The notes under the pieces were generated by a model. That model was given only the letters and a program-made list of their open reading frames with translations, did no database searches and was not told where the DNA came from. Both the position numbers and the translations under genes were made by a program. A stretch of DNA of 44,701 bases, counting the filler, from an uncultured bacterium (GTDB lineage: Bacteria; AUK180), in assembly GCA_937863565.1 (NCBI GenBank). It is 3 parts of 3 records of this genome, joined end to end, with 100 filler letters (N's around TTAATTAATTAA, not from the genome) between each part and the next. Parts side by side here need not be neighbours in the genome. Positions count along the whole stretch, not along the records: positions 1 to 13,701 come from CALMGJ010000033.1; 2 more parts are not named here. One strand, given 5' to 3'. Positions 1 to 9,400 of the stretch are shown piece by piece. The number at the start of each line of letters is the position of its first letter. The stretch's first letter is position 1.

Positions 1-122
1 GAGGATAGAGGCTAGAGGATGGGGGCGAAAAAACAAGTGAATAACGAATAGTGAAAAGTGAATAATTATATGGAATATATTCCTTATCTCACGCCACACT
101 TCGCACTCCATACGCCACACGC
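1..122. repeat. Three short degenerate heptamer tandem arrays around a 12-bp palindrome
   Basis: GAGGATA/GAGGCTA/GAGGATG (1-21); AAGTGAA/TAACGAA/TAGTGAA/AAGTGAA (35-62); palindrome GGAATATATTCC (72-83); CTCACGC/CACACTT/CGCACTC/CATACGC/CACACGC (88-122). Confidence 0.7.
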
Positions 123-126
123 CTTT

Positions 127-795
127 TCAAAAATAGATCTCTTCGATGTTCTTCTTTATATCGTAATCTCCGGCAGGACCTTTATATAGAACGGTTCCCT
201 TTTTCAGGATAAGATACCGGTCCGCGAATCCGGAGAAGAAATCTAAATCGTGCGAAACGATGAAGACCGCCCTTTCTTTCGAGGCCTTTTTCAGATATCC
301 CGCTATGACGGCTTTATAATGCGGGTCCAGAAATGACATCACTTCGTCGATGAACACCGCCCTGCTTTCCTCAAGGATATTCTGCGCGATGAGAACGGAT
401 ACCCACTGCCCGGCGGAAAGATGTGTGATATCACGCTCGAATATCCCCGCAAATTCCGGAAATGCCGATTCGAATTGCGCGCGCGTGATATTGCGGCCCG
501 TTGTCATGTTCAGAAAATCGGAAACGGTGAAACCCTGAACGGGATTTTCATTCACGAATGTGGCCGAGAAATAGAATTTTTTTTCTGAAGGACTCAGCTT
601 GGACGCCTCTTTCCCGTCATACGATACCGTGCCGGAGGCGGGGACCAGGAGCCCCAAAGCCGATTCCATAAAGGTCGTTTTCCCGCTCCCGTTTGCGCCG
701 GCCACGAGATATATGCCGCGTTCATTGAAATCCTCGTTCAAAGAAAGCGTGAATCCCTCTCTTTCTATCGTGAAGCGTTCAAATCTTAATTCCAT
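127..795 (-). CDS. ABC transporter ATP-binding subunit (BtuD/FecE-like)
   Basis: Walker A GANGSGKTT, signature LSAGQ, Walker B VFIDE, H-loop VSHD; last gene of the B12-riboswitch operon. Confidence 0.85.
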   Translation of the reverse strand: MELRFERFTIEREGFTLSLNEDFNERGIYLVAGANGSGKTTFMESALGLLVPASGTVSYDGKEASKLSPSEKKFYFSATFVNENPVQGFTVSDFLNMTTGRNITRAQFESAFPEFAGIFERDITHLSAGQWVSVLIAQNILEESRAVFIDEVMSFLDPHYKAVIAGYLKKASKERAVFIVSHDLDFFSGFADRYLILKKGTVLYKGPAGDYDIKKNIEEIYF

Positions 796-1726
796 TCCGC
801 CCCCTGTAGAAGATGATGAAATACGCGCCGCCCAGAAGGGAAAGCACCATGCCGACCGGCATATAGAAGGCCGTGAAAAGGCGCGAGATGAGGGCCGCTG
901 AAAGAGTAAGGAGCGCTCCGATGAAACCGGACAGAACGAGAAGCGCCCGGCTTTTGGATCCCGTGACGACGCGGGCGAAATGCGGGGCCATAAGTCCCAC
1001 GAAACCGATGATCCCCGTTACGGAAACGGTCATGGCAACAAGAACGGAAACGGCAATAAAGAATATCGTGCGTTCCTTGCCGGGATCGATTCCCAGGGTC
1101 TGTAATTTCTTATCCGAAAAATTCATAAGGTCGAGCGTGGCAGAGCGGGAAAGGATGAAAAGGAATATCCCGAACGCGGCCGCCGTAAAAACAATAAGAA
1201 GCCTGATATCGTAGAAAGAGAAGGTCCCGAAGAGCCACTGCACGATGGAATAGATCTTGTCTCTCTCAATATTGGAAAGTATCACGGAAGAGAGCGCGCC
1301 GGCGATATATCCGTAAACGATGCCCGACAGAAGAAGGGAAAGATGGTCCTGTTTTCTTATTATCCTTCTTATCCCCATTATGATGAAAACGGAGAGGATG
1401 CCGCCGAAAAGCGCGGAGCCGATCACGGCCGAAAATCCGGTAAGATAATAAAGTCCCGTTAAAAAACACACCGATATGCCGAGCGCGGATCCGGACGATA
1501 TCCCAAGTATATAGGGATCGGCCAGCGGATTCTTGAATATGATCTGGGAGACGGCGCCGGCCGCGCCGAGCGCGAATCCGGCGAAGACCGCGGCAAGAAC
1601 TTCGGGCAGGCGTATCCTGAGGATTATGAAGCCGTCGCCTTTTCCCAGGCCGCAGAAAAGGTTGCAGACGGCAAAGAGGATAAAAAGAAATAAGAGTGCC
1701 GCTTTAATCGCGTTTTTCGATCTCAT
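779..1726 (-). CDS. btuC: FecCD/BtuC-family ABC permease
   Basis: IRLPE..AA...G..L..AG...Q.IFKNPLADPYILGISSG and GIIGFVGLMAPH motifs; strongly hydrophobic. Confidence 0.9.
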   Translation of the reverse strand: MRSKNAIKAALLFLFILFAVCNLFCGLGKGDGFIILRIRLPEVLAAVFAGFALGAAGAVSQIIFKNPLADPYILGISSGSALGISVCFLTGLYYLTGFSAVIGSALFGGILSVFIIMGIRRIIRKQDHLSLLLSGIVYGYIAGALSSVILSNIERDKIYSIVQWLFGTFSFYDIRLLIVFTAAAFGIFLFILSRSATLDLMNFSDKKLQTLGIDPGKERTIFFIAVSVLVAMTVSVTGIIGFVGLMAPHFARVVTGSKSRALLVLSGFIGALLTLSAALISRLFTAFYMPVGMVLSLLGGAYFIIFYRGRNGIKI

Positions 1727-2504
1727 CTTTCAGTTTTTTCAGAAAACCGGGCGTTTTCAGGCTTGCCCTGAAGAAGGGCTCGAAATCCCGGATCACCGCA
1801 ACCCGTCCGTTTTTGACTGCGGGGAGACCTGAAAGCACGGGATCATTCAGGATCAGTTCCTTTATCCTTTCTCCGTCCTCCGAGAAAACGAGGATGATGT
1901 CCGGAGGGGATTTCAGAACTTTCTCATACGGTATGATCCCGTATCTTTTCTTAAGAAAACCCGCGGTATTTTTAAGGCCCAGAAGCGCAAGCGCCGAACC
2001 CTGAAATGTACCCGGGCCGAAAGAGTGCACGCTTTTTCCGTCCATCCATATTACGGGAAGCGCTCTTAAATTTTTTGCCGGCTTCCCTGAGAATTCCGCA
2101 AGGAAGTTCTCTATTTTCCGGACAGCCTCCCCTGCCTCCGTTCCCTTCCCGTGCTCTTTGCCGAGTTTCTTATAGATCCCCTTCAGGCCTTCGAACGAAT
2201 CCGCGTAAATGAATTCCGTTCTTATGCCGAGGCTTTTAAGTGCCGCGGCCGTCCGCGCCTGGCTTACGGGAGTAAGATACACGATGTCCGGCTTCAATTT
2301 CACTATACGCTCTATGTCCGGGGCATTAAAATTCCCCGCCTTAATGCCTGCAGGATACGGGTCCTGGATCACCGTTGCCGTTATACTGTTGCCGAGCCCG
2401 AGATCGAGAAGGACTTCCGTTATATCCGGAGAAAGCGAGACAATGCCTTCCGCACCGAGAAATGCGCCGAGAAGAACGGCCATAATAAACAGGCCCGGCT
2501 TCAT
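1704..2504 (-). CDS. btuF: Cobalamin/iron periplasmic binding protein (BtuF-like)
   Basis: Signal peptide, IVSLSPDITE.L..LG and PDIERIVKLKPDIV helical-backbone receptor motifs. Confidence 0.85.
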   Translation of the reverse strand: MKPGLFIMAVLLGAFLGAEGIVSLSPDITEVLLDLGLGNSITATVIQDPYPAGIKAGNFNAPDIERIVKLKPDIVYLTPVSQARTAAALKSLGIRTEFIYADSFEGLKGIYKKLGKEHGKGTEAGEAVRKIENFLAEFSGKPAKNLRALPVIWMDGKSVHSFGPGTFQGSALALLGLKNTAGFLKKRYGIIPYEKVLKSPPDIILVFSEDGERIKELILNDPVLSGLPAVKNGRVAVIRDFEPFFRASLKTPGFLKKLKDEIEKRD

Positions 2505-4228
2505 ATCGAAAGCCTCGCATAAAATGTTCTGCCGGCAATGGGATAATCCCCGTCATAAAAAGAGTCGCCGGGCGCGCCGCTTCCCCGGGCGTCAAGCGCG
2601 TTTTTCACGCCGATCTCGAAAAAGGAGTTACGAAGCGGCGCGCGTAGCATTATATTGAGCACCCTTACCGGGCCTATCGTTTTTACCGCGCCGTTATAAA
2701 TATTGCTCATCCTGCCGCGGTACAGGTGTTCGGCCGCGAGCTCCATGCCGCGGAACTCAAGCGATGCGGAAAACGTGTTCACGATATCGGGCAGATATGT
2801 TGCCGGATATGTCCTTGTAATGTTTGCGCATGTCATCCCCGGATCATACACTCTTTCCTGATGCCCCCAATTATACGCAAAGGTTTCTTTGAATTTTAAA
2901 GGTCCTGCTTTCTTTTCCGCGGTAAGGACCGCTTCATTGATCACCGCCTTTGCAATATTCTTCGGCGAATAGAGGTAGAGGAGAGGATCGTCAAGCACCC
3001 AGGCGATCATATCCTCTATTTCGCGGTGTGAATATCTTCCGCTTAAAAACGAGTACGCGTATTTTACGGTGAATGATACGGACTTCTCCTCTTTGAGCTC
3101 CGGATTCCCGGAACCGGGAAAATACAGGTCATTGAGTTCCGGTTGCCTGATCCCGCGCGAAAGGTCCAGAAATAATTCGTGCAGATCGCGCATATAATGC
3201 CAGTGCATGCTTCCCGCTAAGGCGGCGGGCGCATCGTCCCTCAGATGGAACCGGCCTTCAAAGCCAAGAGCCGGCCCTTTAAAAAAAAGCATCCCGCCGA
3301 GACCGCCTCTCAGATTTTTTTTCTCTCCGGATTCTTCGGAACGGATGGAGAATTTCAGCCCCGCCTTGATATCCGGGCCGTCCGCGATACCGGCATTGCC
3401 CGCCATTCTAAAATAGGAATTTCCGCCCCCATAGCGGTAAAGCGAACCGTAATAGTAATTTTCATAGGTATATGCATATCTTCTGTAGGCGGCAGCAAGG
3501 CTTGTTTTCCCAAGATCGGCCGCAACAAGGAAAAACGCGGATGATGCTTCCATTTTATCCAGCGGATAGGTCGCGCTGAAAGGATCCAGAGCGTTGACGA
3601 GCGGGCCCGGCGTGTTCGTTCTTTCATCCGAAAAGTTCAAAACGGCGGTGACCGCGCCGCCTATTTCTAAAGCGGCGCCGATGAAATTTTTTCTGAAGCC
3701 CGAATTCTCCCGTTTGGAATTTCCTTCATTGCCCTGATACATAAGGTTCATTTTTATACGGCCGGTGCTGAGGGGAGCTATAAACACGAAGCGGCTTGCG
3801 TTCTCTTCAAGAAGCATGTCCGCTTTAAAACGGTCTTTCATCTTCAGATCGAGAAAAACGGTGCCTCCAATGCCGCGCCCCCCCCATAGAGAAGAGCTGT
3901 CGGAGGGGAAGTATGCGAATACATCGGAAAGGTATGCCGGAAAAGACGAGAGATCGAAGGTCCCCGTTGCCGGATCGTTCAGTGTGATCCCCTTGAACAC
4001 GAAATTCGTGTGAGCGCTCGATAATCCCGGAGCGGAAAGGAACATTGCGCCGCCGCTCTGGTACCTGCACAGCGCAAGGCCGAAAGAAGGCGCCGCGAAT
4101 TCAAATTCCGTGGGAAAGGCGGTTTCGCTTACCGTAAAACTATCGGTTCTTGTCGACGAGACGACGATCTCGAAACAGAAGACCGGAAAAACAATAACGA
4201 ATATCGCCGCCGAAAGGGCCTTTTTCAT
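2501..4228 (-). CDS. btuB: TonB-dependent outer-membrane receptor (BtuB-like)
   Basis: Signal peptide; plug-like NDPATGTFDLS..P and SSLWGGRGIGGTV; R.PELNDLY..GNPELKEEKS; C-terminal GRTFYARLSI. Start placed at 4228 because the GGAGG RBS (4235-4239) directly abuts the 4234 ATG. Confidence 0.8.
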   Translation of the reverse strand: MKKALSAAIFVIVFPVFCFEIVVSSTRTDSFTVSETAFPTEFEFAAPSFGLALCRYQSGGAMFLSAPGLSSAHTNFVFKGITLNDPATGTFDLSSFPAYLSDVFAYFPSDSSSLWGGRGIGGTVFLDLKMKDRFKADMLLEENASRFVFIAPLSTGRIKMNLMYQGNEGNSKRENSGFRKNFIGAALEIGGAVTAVLNFSDERTNTPGPLVNALDPFSATYPLDKMEASSAFFLVAADLGKTSLAAAYRRYAYTYENYYYGSLYRYGGGNSYFRMAGNAGIADGPDIKAGLKFSIRSEESGEKKNLRGGLGGMLFFKGPALGFEGRFHLRDDAPAALAGSMHWHYMRDLHELFLDLSRGIRQPELNDLYFPGSGNPELKEEKSVSFTVKYAYSFLSGRYSHREIEDMIAWVLDDPLLYLYSPKNIAKAVINEAVLTAEKKAGPLKFKETFAYNWGHQERVYDPGMTCANITRTYPATYLPDIVNTFSASLEFRGMELAAEHLYRGRMSNIYNGAVKTIGPVRVLNIMLRAPLRNSFFEIGVKNALDARGSGAPGDSFYDGDYPIAGRTFYARLSI

Positions 4229-4251
4229 GCGCATCCTCCGTGCTTGCCGTT

Positions 4252-4391
4252 AAAAAACCCGGCGGAATATCCTGGCTCGGGCATCATGCCTCGTCCTCCC
4301 CTTCCCGCTTTCGCAGTGGTCGAAGGATCCGTAGCCCTTACAGTTGCGGGGACAGCCGCGGCTTTTTACCGCGTTCCTCCTCGGGGTTTTA
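4252..4391 (-). promoter_or_regulatory. Cobalamin (B12) riboswitch
   Basis: Minus strand reads AGGAACGCGGTAAAAAGCCGCGGCTGTCCCCGCAACTGTAA...CCACTGCGAAAGCGGGAAGG...GAGCCAGGATATTCCGCC, the canonical B12-element motifs, directly upstream of a btuB-like gene. Confidence 0.93.
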
Positions 4392-5381
4392 TTTCTTGGT
4401 TTTCAAATAATTATTATACATTTCAGAAAGGGCCTTTTTATAGGACTCCCAGCCCGGTTTCGCAACAAGCGCCGGAAAGTCCTCTTTGCCGTGATAATGC
4501 CCCTTCACCCAGTCCATCTCGTATTCCACGGGAACATAGCTGCCCTTCAGATAATCGGTATGCGCGCCGTAATCCGTCGCGATGACGGGTATGCCTCTTT
4601 TGACCGCCTCGAAAATGAAAAGGCCCATGCCTTCGGCAGAGCTCACCTGTATGTAGCAGTCCGCATCGTCCAGAAAACCTATCATCTGATCGTCATTGTA
4701 GACTTCGTCCACGATCTTGACATTCCCGTACATGCCGTAATTATTTTTCAGTTCTTCAACATCCTCTTCCCAGTGCCTTACCTTGCCGTGCTTGCTGTTC
4801 GGGAAGGTCTTTATCACAAGTTCAAGATTCTCGTTCTCGAAGAAAAGTTCCATGAAGGCGTGTATCATGAACGGGATATTCCTTCTTTTATCCGGTGTTG
4901 CAATGCTCTTGAACCTGAATATGCCGTCCGCGCGGGGTTTTGTTTCCTTATGTTCCGCTGGGGTATAAGGAATGATCTCGATCGGTATACTGATGCCGGA
5001 CCTTTCGGCGATCGTTTTTACGAACTTTGATGGAACAACGCAGAAATCAAAATGCTTGTTCGCTCCGTCTATCCAGGTCCGCGGAGCGGGAACGGCTTCA
5101 ACGAAGAAGAATATGCCCTTTTTTCCGCCTTTCACTTTCGGGAAATCCTTCGGCTCGACGAAGCCGATCTCGATACCGTCCGGAGGTGTTTTTATTACGA
5201 TTATGTCCGTGAAAGGTTTTTTGATCGGGAAATCGCTGTCGTGGTCTTTTCCCTTTTTCTCCCTTATATTTACTCTGTATCCGGAACGGATGAGGCCCTC
5301 CACGTATTTTCTTATGAAGAAGGCCTCCGGCTGAAAGGATTGGAATGAACCGAACAGTGTTATCGGATTTTTCTTCAGCAT
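4389..5381 (-). CDS. Glycosyltransferase, GT4/GT-B family
   Basis: ADCYIQVSSAEGMGLFIFEAVKRGIPVIATDYG matches the E-x7-E GT4 signature. Confidence 0.85.
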   Translation of the reverse strand: MLKKNPITLFGSFQSFQPEAFFIRKYVEGLIRSGYRVNIREKKGKDHDSDFPIKKPFTDIIVIKTPPDGIEIGFVEPKDFPKVKGGKKGIFFFVEAVPAPRTWIDGANKHFDFCVVPSKFVKTIAERSGISIPIEIIPYTPAEHKETKPRADGIFRFKSIATPDKRRNIPFMIHAFMELFFENENLELVIKTFPNSKHGKVRHWEEDVEELKNNYGMYGNVKIVDEVYNDDQMIGFLDDADCYIQVSSAEGMGLFIFEAVKRGIPVIATDYGAHTDYLKGSYVPVEYEMDWVKGHYHGKEDFPALVAKPGWESYKKALSEMYNNYLKTKK

Positions 5382-5382
5382 A

Positions 5383-6279
5383 TCAGAATTTCTTTACTTT
5401 GAAATTCTTCGTTCTCAAAAGTTCCACGATCCCGTCATTTCCGATAAGATGGCCCGCACCGACGATAACGAAATATACGCCCTTGCCGTTTTGAAGGATA
5501 TCCTCTATCTTTTCCTTCATCTTGATATTCCTCTTTTCGAAAAGTTCCGTATTGAATTCCTTCAGCATTTCATCATCGTCAAGTTCGCTTTCAAGAAGCT
5601 CTTCCATGCCTTTTTCATCGCCGGCCTTCCACACATCCTTCATCTTGATCATCGTATCGCTGGAGCTTTTGAACTCTTTCATCGTGATCTCGAGGAATTT
5701 CACCTGCTTTTCCATATCCAGCCCGGAGAGAAGGTCTATCTGATATCCGAGCGATTCAAGTTCCAATATTTTCTTCCCGGCTTCGGCGGCCTTCGAAAGG
5801 AAGAAGATATCTATGCCGAGTTCGGGTTTCAATCCCAGCGACATTGCCATGAGCCCGGAAAGAGAGAAAGAGACGAACCACGGTTTCATCGTTTTGAACG
5901 TATCGGGAGGTACGCCCAGTTCTGAACAGAGGGTGTTCAGCTGAATATTAACCGTATCGGATATCACGGAAGAAAGGAGCGTGCCGTCGGTGAACAATGC
6001 TTTGGCAAGTATCGTCTCCTGGAGTTTCTGCTGATCGATATTCAGGATATCCGCCTCAACCCCGAGAGTCGCCGCTTTCTTAAAGGCCTTCATTATGTGC
6101 TTGGGAAGAGGATAGAAACTTTCATCTGCAAAATGTATGGAGCCGAGAAGATATACCGTTGCGCTTTTGCTTTTCACTTCATAGAAATAGCCCTTGACAT
6201 TTCCTTTGCCGGCGGCAGAGAATGCCGCGGAGTTTAAAAGGAATACGGCAGCCAGGAACAGAATAAAAGTCTTTTTCAT
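5383..6279 (-). CDS. TraB/GumN (TIKI) family secreted metalloprotein
   Basis: Signal peptide; YLLGSIH, GID, LES...Q, RN..M and VGAGHL motifs; AAGGAGG RBS. Confidence 0.9.
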   Translation of the reverse strand: MKKTFILFLAAVFLLNSAAFSAAGKGNVKGYFYEVKSKSATVYLLGSIHFADESFYPLPKHIMKAFKKAATLGVEADILNIDQQKLQETILAKALFTDGTLLSSVISDTVNIQLNTLCSELGVPPDTFKTMKPWFVSFSLSGLMAMSLGLKPELGIDIFFLSKAAEAGKKILELESLGYQIDLLSGLDMEKQVKFLEITMKEFKSSSDTMIKMKDVWKAGDEKGMEELLESELDDDEMLKEFNTELFEKRNIKMKEKIEDILQNGKGVYFVIVGAGHLIGNDGIVELLRTKNFKVKKF

Positions 6280-6314
6280 AAAGCCTCCTTGAACACTGTT
6301 TTGTGGACGATTCT

Positions 6315-6342
6315 ATTATACATCAATAGCCGTTTTTTTCAA
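6315..6342 (-). promoter_or_regulatory. Sigma70-type promoter for the traB-GT genes
   Basis: TTGAAA-N16-TATAAT on the minus strand, 35 nt upstream of the 6279 start. Confidence 0.55.
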
Positions 6343-6402
6343 GATATATTTATGATTTGTCTGAAATGATGTTAAAAAAACCTGCGTCTTTTATTTTTTA
6401 TA

Positions 6403-9400
6403 TTATTTCAGCACCGCTATCTTCCCTGTCTTCAGGGGTTTTCCGTCCTTCAGGACGGTATAGAAGTATACGCCCGAGGAGATATCAAGGCCGGCGGTAT
6501 TCCTCAGTTCCCATACTGCCGTATACCCTTCGATGGCGATCGTCTTCACCGCATTCCCGCTCAGATCGTATATCCTTATCTCGCCTCCTTCAGGAAGTTC
6601 CGCGAAAACGATCGAGTCCTTCGCAGGGTTCGGATACGCCTTTATCTTCTCCCCTTCCTCCGGACTGGCCTCAGTGTCATCATCCCGGTACTCTCCGCCG
6701 TCCGGAGCCGAACCGTTCGAAGTCAGGAAAACTACCCTGTCCGCATTCCTGTCCGTCACGGCAAATACCGTTTCATACCCGTACCGGAATGCCGAAATGT
6801 CGCAGGCGCCGTTCATAATGTTATCATATGCCGATTCTTCGGCCCCGGCCCCGGGAGCTTCCGGTATCCGTACGGTTAAAATGACGCTCCCGGATATATC
6901 GATGCCCGTTATCATACTTCCCGAGATCACGAAATCTGACATCTCTTTCGAATATGCCGAGCCGGCCGAGAGGAATATGTCGTTCCCCCCGCCGTCCTCG
7001 AACACTCCCGTGCCCGCGATATTCCCTGCTATCATTCCGCTTCCTTCGTCTATCGCAAATGAATTGAGCATGCCGGAAAATACCGTTTCCCCTGTTTTCT
7101 TCCCTTCTTTGCCGTATTCGGAAACAGTATTCCCCTTAAGAACGCAAAGCGTATCGTTCCTTTTGTTCCATTTCATCTCTTCCGGGTTCTTTATCCCTAT
7201 GAAAGGTACGAATATCCCCTTTTCTCCGTCATATCTCAATATCCCGTTGCCGTCGTTTCTGAGGGCATACAATCCCCCTTCCGGCGAGAGGCAGATCCGT
7301 TCGGGTTTGTCTATGCTCCCGAGCGTCATTCTCAGGTTCCCTGAAACATCGAAGACCTTCACCGCGTCGTTCCCGCTCTGGTCACCCGCGTTCCTGTCCG
7401 CAACAAGTATCGAGAATGCGCCTTCGAAATATCCCGCCTCGGCAGAACCGGGTTTATTGAACCCGTAAAGCACGTCAGGTATCCGGGGAGCTGTATCCTC
7501 CTCCCCGTCTTCACCTCCGTTCCCGTTATCCGTATCATTGTCCGTTGACCCGTCGTCCGGGCTTATGTCAAGGATATACGAATAATCCGTTCCTGATCCC
7601 GTCCCGGTTCCCGGTTCCGCATCCGCTGTCCCGAAACTGCATACCGTCTCTTTGATCCCCGAGAAACCGTTCCCGTCCGTCCCTATGCCCCGTATCCTGT
7701 GCTCACCGTCCGGATATACTCCGGTATCGAGTATATATTCAAGGACATCACCCGCCGTTTCGCTCAGTTTTATTCCGTCCATCTCGAGTATCATTTTCTC
7801 TATCCGCGCGTACCCGTTCCCCGCGCGGCCCTCCGATCTTATCCTTATCGTTCCGGTATATGCCGTTTTGTGCTCCGCCGTTCTCACTCCCGTCAATGCG
7901 CTTTCCGCCTCATCAGCGCCGATATCGCCGTTCACATAGATATCGATATCGGGATAAACATACTGGAATGTCGAGCCGGCCGGCAATACCCCGGTGATGA
8001 AATCCCCGCCCTCCGCAGTCAAAGCGTCCGTTCCCGGATCCCCCGGAATAACGGCGTTCTTCTGCGTTCCTTCCGTCCTCTTTTCCGTTATCGCGGCAAG
8101 AACGGTTTCGTCGAACCCGCCCGAGTATATCCTCTTGTGTTCCCCGTCATATCCCGCAAAATACAGAATATCCCGCCCGCTTATCTCCAGAAGATAAGGC
8201 GCATATCCGTACAGGCCGCCTATGAAGGGCTCTGTCCCCGCAGTGTCCTTCAATTTCACTTCCCTGTCCTTTTCGAATATATCCCCTGCTTCAAGGGCCT
8301 TGAAAAGGTATTCTCCACTGAAGAGGGCTCCTGTCTGTCTTCTTCCCGTATAATAAAGTTCCCCTTTGTGGTATGCCGGCTGATATACGGCCCAGTTGTC
8401 GAAATAACAGCCCTGCCCGATCAAAGGAGTTTCTATCTTATTGAAATAATACCCGTCCTCCGATGCTGCCCACAGTATATTTATATGAGCGCTCCCGTCA
8501 ACTGTCGGCGGATCATAGTTCAGGCCCGTATATACGATGAAATACAGGCCGTATGCCGCGTCGAAATAGATCTTTCCCCCGTCCGCCCTGTCCGCATCGT
8601 ATGCGCCGCCGAAATCGATGCGCTTCCCGCTCTCCCGCGTGAAGTTCACTCCATCCTCCGATACCGCCGATACTATCCATCCGTTTATCTCCCCGGCCTG
8701 AGGCGTCATTATCCCCCATACCGAATAATACAGCCTTATGCTCCCGTCCGGAAGTTCGACCGCGGAAGGATATCTGTGGTCCGGATATTCGATCAATATG
8801 TCCGTATCAAGCCCCGTCACCTCCCCTTCAAGCGTCCAGTTCTTCCCGTCCGAAGAATATCCTGTCATGATCCGCCTGTACCAGCCCTGATATCCGCTCC
8901 CGTCCGTGCCCGCCTCATAGTATAAACGGTATGTTCCGTTTCTTAATTTCAATATAAATGGGCTGTCAACCTGATCTATGCTCCCTTTCGAATATGTCCC
9001 CCCGATGTCAACCCTTATCCCCGTATCGACCGTTCTGTCCCCGGGAAGGAAGTATTCCCCGCTTTTTATCACAAGATTTCTTTCGTCCGCAACAAGCGGC
9101 GTTCCCTGAAGCGAATTGATGTTGAGCCTCACTTTGTATTTGCCCGGGTCGAGTTTCCCGTCACCGTCGGTATCATATGCCGTATTCAGCGTATAAAATC
9201 CGTATAAAAGCGTATGCGGGCCCTGGTTCTCCATCCTGTCCTCAACGATATTTTCAACAAGAGCTCCAGATATATCGTATATCCCCACCGTGGTCTTATA
9301 ACTTCTCTCGCTTCCCGTATAATCATAGAATACCTCGAGGTTCCCGTATTCGTCGCACAGATGATCCTTCAGTCCGGGCTGGACCGTGAAGGACGAGATC

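Noticed and set aside
7699..8925. 408-aa plus-strand ORF (and 6533-7468)
   Set aside because: Antisense shadows of the S8 gene with no recognisable motifs.
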